A model generated the notes under the pieces. That model made no database searches. It was not told the DNA's origin and saw only the letters and a program-made list of their open reading frames with translations. DNA of 21,739 bases from a virus (Duplodnaviria > Heunggongvirae > Uroviricota > Caudoviricetes): IMG/VR virus record IMGVR_UViG_3300045988_065712; one strand, written 5' to 3'. The position numbers and the translations under genes are program-made. Shown one piece after another: positions 16,514-21,739 of the stretch. Numbering within the stretch: position 1 is the stretch's first letter; the number at the start of each line of letters is the position of its first letter.

Positions 16514-17587
16514 TTACGCTCCCGGCTCTGCGGTCACTTTGGCCGGTGTGGAAAAATCACCGACCTTAATTTTTTCCACCAGACAACCGGCGGCGTAGTC
16601 TTCCACCACGTAATCAATGTTCATTGACTCGTAGTTCTCCACGCGGTCGAGTTTCGGGTTTTCCTCAATCACGCGGCGATGGCTGTCATCCATGTAGTAG
16701 ATGGACAGGTTTTCCAGCTTCGTGATGAGCATCGCATCCGCCGGGAAGTACGGGACGCGTACCGCCGGCAGGTTACCGATGCGTTTCTGGCTGATGATGA
16801 CGTCAGCGGCCAGCATTTCGCTGTTGTCCTGCTCCTTGTTAACGATGGGGAAATACTTGTCCGCCAGTAGCTGACGTCCCACAATCACCACAAGGTCAGG
16901 GTCTTCCTGATACCACGGCTCAATCAGGTTGTTGGTCGCATCCATCACCAGTGCATCGAGGCTGGCATAATCACCGCCCTTACCCACGCGGATGACCTCA
17001 GAGGTCGTGTGACCTTCCTCGTCAGTAACCTTGCTCATCACGCGCGCCGGGGCTTCATTGCGGTATTTCTGCAGCCAGCCGACCGCCACATCCTGCAGCA
17101 TCGGGTTACTGCTGCGGTCAGAGGTTTCGGCACGCCTCACGCCGTTAAAACCGGCCATGATTAAATCAAGGGACTGGCGTTTGATAATGGCGTTACGGAC
17201 ACGGAGCTGGAAATCCTGATAACGCGCCCACAGGTCCAGCGTTTTGTAGCGGATATAAAAATCGAAGTTAATCTGGTCGCATTCGTACTTGTTTGACGCC
17301 AGCTTCGAGAAGTCCTTCGGCTGACGCTCGGTGCCACCGGCGGTGTCGGTGGTGCTGGCGATGGAGCCGGTGACACCGATACCAATTTTTTCCCCTTTCA
17401 TTTCGCTGACCGGCACAATGTTGATGCGGGTCAGAAAGTCAGAGGACTCCTGCATGGTGTTCATCAGGGTCTGGGTGACCGACGGTTCAACGGTGAATTT
17501 TTTCGACACATCACCGGCGTCGATGCCGTTCAGTTCGGCAACACGGGACAGGTAAGCATTAAATTTAAAGCGGGTTTCCTGGCGCAT
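16514..17587 (-). CDS. N: Major capsid protein (P2 gpN-like), 357 aa
   Basis: 357-aa ORF, same length as P2 gpN, between scaffold O and M. Confidence 0.9.
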   Translation of the reverse strand: MRQETRFKFNAYLSRVAELNGIDAGDVSKKFTVEPSVTQTLMNTMQESSDFLTRINIVPVSEMKGEKIGIGVTGSIASTTDTAGGTERQPKDFSKLASNKYECDQINFDFYIRYKTLDLWARYQDFQLRVRNAIIKRQSLDLIMAGFNGVRRAETSDRSSNPMLQDVAVGWLQKYRNEAPARVMSKVTDEEGHTTSEVIRVGKGGDYASLDALVMDATNNLIEPWYQEDPDLVVIVGRQLLADKYFPIVNKEQDNSEMLAADVIISQKRIGNLPAVRVPYFPADAMLITKLENLSIYYMDDSHRRVIEENPKLDRVENYESMNIDYVVEDYAAGCLVEKIKVGDFSTPAKVTAEPGA

Positions 17588-17645
17588 AGTTTTTCCTGAA
17601 ATTAAGAGTTAATCGTGAAGGTTTTCCCGGACTGACTGACGCCGG

Positions 17646-18500
17646 TCAGCAGTTCGTCATCAGGGCGTCACCGCCACCACCGGTGGCCTTGCTGCGGCGC
17701 TGCTGGGTCAGACTTTCGGTGTGGTCGAGACTGTTTTTCAGGCGGGTGAATGCCTGGCTGGTTTCATCCGCCCTGTCAGTCACCTCCTGCTTAAGTGCAG
17801 AAAAGGCGGTTTCCATCTCAGAGAGGCGCTGCTCAGTGGCGCTCAGTTTTTCCTGCACATGTTCAGCAACAGCGGTCACCGCTTCATGCACGTCATTCAG
17901 ACGGGCGTCATCGCTGGCCTGTTTGCGGCCAAAAATGGATTTCACCTTTTCGGTCAGGGCGGTGAACACGGTTTCAGGCAGGTCTTCAAATTCCAGCTCA
18001 ACAGGCGTTGCCACTGAAATCAGGTTTTCAGGGCTTAATTTGAAGCGGTTCAGGGGGTTGTGTTTTGCCGTGCGGCAGAATTCCAGGTATTCCGTGCCGA
18101 GGCTTGCCGGGTCATCGGTGACGGCCAGACCCACCAGATAACATTTGCCGGTGTTGGCAAAGTTCGGCTGAATTTCCATTGAGGTGTAGACCTTCTGCGC
18201 GGCCTTGTTCATCGCGATAAGGTCATCGGTCGGGGTGATTTTCGCAAACAGCGCCCATTTGCCTTTCAGCGCCGAATCATCGTCAATCTTTTCGGCCTTC
18301 AGTTCGGCCACATCGCCATAACGCTTAAAAATACCGTCAGGCAGGATGCCGCGCAGATGTTCCAGGTTAATGCGGCAACCATAGACTCGCGGGTCAAAGG
18401 TTTCGGCCATTTCCTGAATATCCTGCGCACTGATGACACGCCCGTCACAGGTGTCACCCTCAACGCCGATACGAAAGAATTTTGAGACTTTTTTTGCCAT
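17646..18500 (-). CDS. O: Capsid scaffolding protein (P2 gpO-like), 284 aa
   Basis: Track ORF 17646..18566 trimmed to the internal Met (MAKKVSKFFRIGVEGDT...) giving 284 aa, the P2 gpO length. CAT at 18498..18500 checked. Confidence 0.85.
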   Translation of the reverse strand: MAKKVSKFFRIGVEGDTCDGRVISAQDIQEMAETFDPRVYGCRINLEHLRGILPDGIFKRYGDVAELKAEKIDDDSALKGKWALFAKITPTDDLIAMNKAAQKVYTSMEIQPNFANTGKCYLVGLAVTDDPASLGTEYLEFCRTAKHNPLNRFKLSPENLISVATPVELEFEDLPETVFTALTEKVKSIFGRKQASDDARLNDVHEAVTAVAEHVQEKLSATEQRLSEMETAFSALKQEVTDRADETSQAFTRLKNSLDHTESLTQQRRSKATGGGGDALMTNC

Positions 18501-18673
18501 TGTCAGGAGTCCTGAATAGTGATTAGAGGAGTCACATGTCGGCATCAGTTTCCCGACGATGCGCATCCTCCGCCATCAGTCCCGGATGGCTTATCACTGA
18601 CACAACAGCACCTTAGCGAATCGCGGGGCGCGACTCAGTAGCCTTGCCGTGTATTCATCACGGCGAGGTATTC
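18501..18673. promoter_or_regulatory. Divergent late-promoter region between O (minus) and P (plus); candidate Ogr-type element TGG-N12-ACA at 18587..18604
   Basis: 173-bp intergenic region between divergently transcribed late operons, as in P2 where Ogr-dependent promoters sit here. One near-consensus TGT-N12-ACA-like dyad (TGG cttatcactgac ACA) and a repeated motif catcagt(t)(t)cccg at 18543..18556 and 18574..18586. Exact -10 elements not resolved. Confidence 0.4.
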
Positions 18674-20475
18674 ATGACCATCACCACAGACACCACTCTT
18701 TTACACGACCCGCGTCGTCAGGCGGCGCTGCTGTACTGGCAGGGGTTTTCCGTGCCGCAGATTGCCGCCATGTTGCAGATGAAACGTCCGACGGTGCAGA
18801 GCTGGAAACAGCGCGACGGCTGGGACAGCGTTGCCCCCATCAGCCGTGTCGAAATGAGTCTGGAAGCGCGACTGACCCAGCTCATCATCAAACCGCAGAA
18901 AACCGGCGGTGACTTCAAGGAAATTGACCTGCTGGGACGCCAGATTGAACGACTGGCACGGGTAAACCGCTACAGTCAGACCGGCAACGAGGCAGACCTT
19001 AATCCGAACGTCGCTAACCGCAACAAAGGCGGGCGTCGCAAACCGAAAAAGAATTTTTTCAGTGACGAGGCCATCGAAAAGCTGGAGCAGATTTTCTTTG
19101 AGCAGTCTTTCGAATATCAGTTGCACTGGTATCGCGCCGGGCTTGAGCACCGCATCCGCGATATCCTGAAATCCCGCCAGATTGGCGCGACGTTTTATTT
19201 TTCCCGCGAGGCGCTGCTGCGCGCCCTGAAAACCGGTCATAACCAGATTTTTCTGTCGGCCAGTAAAACGCAGGCGTATGTGTTCCGCGAATACATCATC
19301 GCCTTTGCCCGGCTGGTTGACGTTGACCTGACCGGTGACCCGATTGTCCTGGGCAATAACGGCGCAAAACTGATTTTTCTCGGCACCAACTCCAACACCG
19401 CACAGAGCCATAACGGCGACCTGTACGTCGACGAGATTTTCTGGATCCCGAATTTTCAGGTACTGCGTAAGGTGGCATCAGGTATGGCCTCACAGAGTCA
19501 CCTGCGCTCGACCTATTTCTCCACCCCGTCCACGCTGGCGCACGACGCCTACCCGTTCTGGTCGGGTGAACTGTTCAACCGGGGACGCGCCAGCGCCGCC
19601 GAACGCGTGGAAATCGACGTCAGTCATAACGCCCTTGCCGGAGGTCTTCTCTGTGCGGACGGCCAGTGGCGGCAGATTGTCACCATTGAGGACGCCCTGA
19701 AAGGCGGCTGCACGCTGTTCGACATTGAGCAGCTCAAACGTGAAAACAGCGCCGACGATTTTAAAAACCTGTTCATGTGTGAATTTGTTGACGACAAGGC
19801 GTCGGTGTTCCCGTTCGAGGAGCTGCAACGCTGCATGGTCGACACGCTGGAAGAATGGGAAGACTATGCGCCGTTTGCCGCGAATCCGTTCGGCTCCCGC
19901 CCGGTCTGGATTGGTTACGACCCGTCACACCGTGGCGACAGCGCCGGATGCGTGGTGCTGGCACCGCCGGGGCCGGATGCGTGGTGCTGGCACCGCCGGT
20001 GGTGGCCGGTGGCAAATTCAGAATACTTGAGCGTCACCAGTGGAAAGGCATGGACTTTGCCACCCAGGCTGAATCCATCCGCAAACTCACCGAAAAATAT
20101 AACGTCGAATACATCGGTATTGATGCCACCGGCCTCGGTGTCGGCGTGTTCCAGCTCGTGCGCTCGTTCTATCCCGCCGCGCGCGACATCCGCTACACGC
20201 CGGAAATGAAAACCGCAATGGTGCTCAAGGCAAAAGACGTCATCCGCCGTGGCTGTCTGGAATATGACGTCAGCGCCACCGACATCACCAGCTCGTTTAT
20301 GGCTATCCGCAAGACCATGACCAGCAGCGGACGCAGCGCCACCTATGAGGCCAGCCGCAGCGAGGAAGCCAGCCACGCCGACCTCGCCTGGGCGACCATG
20401 CACGCCCTGTTAAATGAGCCACTCACCGCGGGTATCAGCACTCCGCTGACATCCACCATTCTGGAGTTTTACTGA
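18674..20475 (+). pseudogene. P: Terminase large subunit (P2 gpP-like), frame disrupted by a 29-bp tandem duplication at 19942..19999
   Basis: Track shows two overlapping fragments: 18644..20209 (N-terminal part, then a W/R/C-rich nonsense tail) and 19855..20475 (C-terminal part in another frame). Start set at MTITTDTTLL (ATG 18674, GAGGT Shine-Dalgarno). Span minus 29 bp is 1773 nt, i.e. 590 codons plus stop, the P2 gpP length. Confidence 0.85.
19942..19999 (+). repeat. Imperfect 29-bp tandem duplication inside P (28/29 identical)
   Basis: 19942..19970 cgccggatgcgtggtgctggcaccgccgg and 19971..19999 ggccggatgcgtggtgctggcaccgccgg, compared base by base. The peptide GCVVLAPP is encoded twice. 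Confidence 0.92.
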
Positions 20476-21538
20476 TGAGCAAGAAAAAAGGGAAAACACC
20501 GCAACCTGCGGCAAAAACAATGACCGCCAGCGCCCCGAAAATGGAGACATTCACCTTTGGTGAGCCGGTGCCGGTACTCGACCGCCGTGACATTCTGGAT
20601 TACATCGAGTGCATCAGTAACGGCAGATGGTATGAGCCGCCGGTCAGCTTTACCGATGGTATGAGCCACCGGTCAGCTTTACCGGTCTGGCAAAAAGCCT
20701 GCGTGCTGCCGTGCATCACAGTTCACCGATTTACGTCAAACGTAATATTCTGGCTTCAACGTTTATTCCGCACCCGTGGCTTTCGCAACAGGATTTCAGC
20801 CGCTTTGTGCTGGATTTTCTGGTGTTCGGTAATGCGTTTCTGGAAAAGCGTTACAGCACCACCGGTAAGGTCATCAGACTGGAAACCTCACCGGCAAAAT
20901 ATACCCGCCGTGGCGTGGAGGAGGATGTTTACTGGTGGGTGCCGTCCTTCAACGAACCGACAGCCTTCACGCCCGGCTCCGTGTTTCACCTGCTGGAGCC
21001 GGATATTAATCAGGAGCTGTACGGCCTGCCGGAATATCTCAGCGCCCTTAACTCTGCCTGGCTGAATGAGTCGGCCACACTGTTCCGCCGCAAGTATTAC
21101 GAAAACGGCGCGCATGCCGGATACATCATGTACGTTACCGATGCCGTGCAGGATCGCAACGATATCGAAATGCTTCGCGAAAACATGGTTAAGTCGAAAG
21201 GCCGCAACAACTTTAAAAACCTGTTTCTCTATGCCCCACAGGGGAAAGCCGACGGCATTAAAATTATCCCGCTCAGTGAAGTGGCAACGAAGGACGATTT
21301 TTTTAATATCAAAAAAGCCAGCGCCGCTGACCTGCTGGACGCGCACCGCATCCCCTTTCAGTTGATGGGAGGCAAGCCGGAGAACGTCGGGTCGCTGGGT
21401 GATATTGAGAAAGTGGCAAAGGTCTTTGTCCGCAATGAGCTTATCCCGTTACAGGACAGGATTCGGGAAATAAACGGCTGGCTCGGTCAGGAGGTCATCC
21501 GCTTTAAAAACTACTCACTGGACACAGACAACGGCTGA
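20475..21538 (+). pseudogene. Q: Portal protein (P2 gpQ-like), frame disrupted by a 29-bp tandem duplication at 20627..20684
   Basis: Track shows 20475..21065 (N-terminal 62 aa, then nonsense) and 20711..21538 (rest of portal in another frame). Span minus 29 bp is 1035 nt, i.e. 344 codons plus stop, the P2 gpQ length. ATG overlaps the P stop (TGATG). Confidence 0.85.
20627..20684 (+). repeat. Imperfect 29-bp tandem duplication inside Q (28/29 identical)
   Basis: 20627..20655 atggtatgagccgccggtcagctttaccg and 20656..20684 atggtatgagccaccggtcagctttaccg. Single G/A difference at 20639 vs 20668. Confidence 0.92.
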
Positions 21539-21542
21539 ACAT

Positions 21543-21566
21543 CGCCGCCTGCGGGCGGCTTTTTTA
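21543..21566 (+). terminator. Rho-independent terminator downstream of Q
   Basis: Stem gccgcc (21544..21549) / ggcggc (21554..21559), loop tgcg, followed by T-tract tttttt (21560..21565). Starts 5 nt after the Q stop codon. Confidence 0.7.
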
Positions 21567-21707
21567 CACCCCGTCATCACGCCCTCACACACTCACCACC
21601 GCACAAAACAGCCCGCAGACACACCAGCGCCCCGGCGCACAATCTAAACGCCATTACGACGCGCTGAGACGCTGAAAAAATAAAATCAGCACCACCGCCA
21701 GCGCGCA

Positions 21708-21726
21708 GTGCTTTCCCCGCCTCGCC
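21708..21726. other. cos: cos site: 19-nt cohesive-end sequence of P2-type phages (reverse complement of GGCGAGGCGGGGAAAGCAC)
   Basis: Plus strand reads gtgctttccccgcctcgcc, the exact reverse complement of the 19-nt P2 cohesive end as I recall it. Lies about 170 bp beyond Q, the expected position. Confidence 0.65.
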
Positions 21727-21739
21727 CGCCCGCTTCATG

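Noticed and set aside
18701-19411. 236-codon minus-strand ORF antisense to terminase gene P
   Set aside because: Antisense to a conserved gene with no start context. Same reasoning as the other antisense ORFs.
18644-20475. Treating the 521-aa and 206-aa ORFs (and the 196-aa and 275-aa ORFs in Q) as separate genes
   Set aside because: They are out-of-frame halves of single genes P and Q, respectively. The junctions coincide exactly with the 29-bp duplications.
19942-20684. The two 29-bp repeats as a CRISPR array, since 29 bp is a typical repeat length
   Set aside because: Each locus has only two abutting copies with no spacer, and the two loci have unrelated sequences. They are tandem duplications of coding sequence, not a repeat-spacer array.

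Overview
The window is the late (virion morphogenesis, lysis, packaging) region of a P2-like (Peduovirinae) prophage, probably from an enterobacterial host, and is almost colinear with coliphage P2. Minus strand, from low to high coordinates: ogr (3' end cut by the window edge), D, U, T, E/E+E' (programmed -1 frameshift), FII, FI; then a cargo locus with a Hin/Gin/Pin-family serine invertase and a promoterless alternative tail-fibre tip cassette; then G, H, I, J, W, V; then S, R, lysC (embedded), lysB, lysA, K, Y, X, L, M, N, O. Plus strand: the divergent packaging genes P (terminase large subunit) and Q (portal), a rho-independent terminator and the cos site. ORF lengths match the sizes I recall for P2 products almost one-for-one (recollection, not a database search). 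Most notable: P and Q are each split by an imperfect 29-bp tandem duplication that shifts the frame, and removing one copy restores ORFs of exactly 590 and 344 codons. Second: the invertase module carries a silent fibre-tip cassette flanked by two copies of a crossover-like 12-mer, but no dedicated chaperone gene and no convincing partner site in H. No rRNA, tRNA or CRISPR array was seen. All calls rest on reading the sequence and the supplied ORF track; no searches were run.
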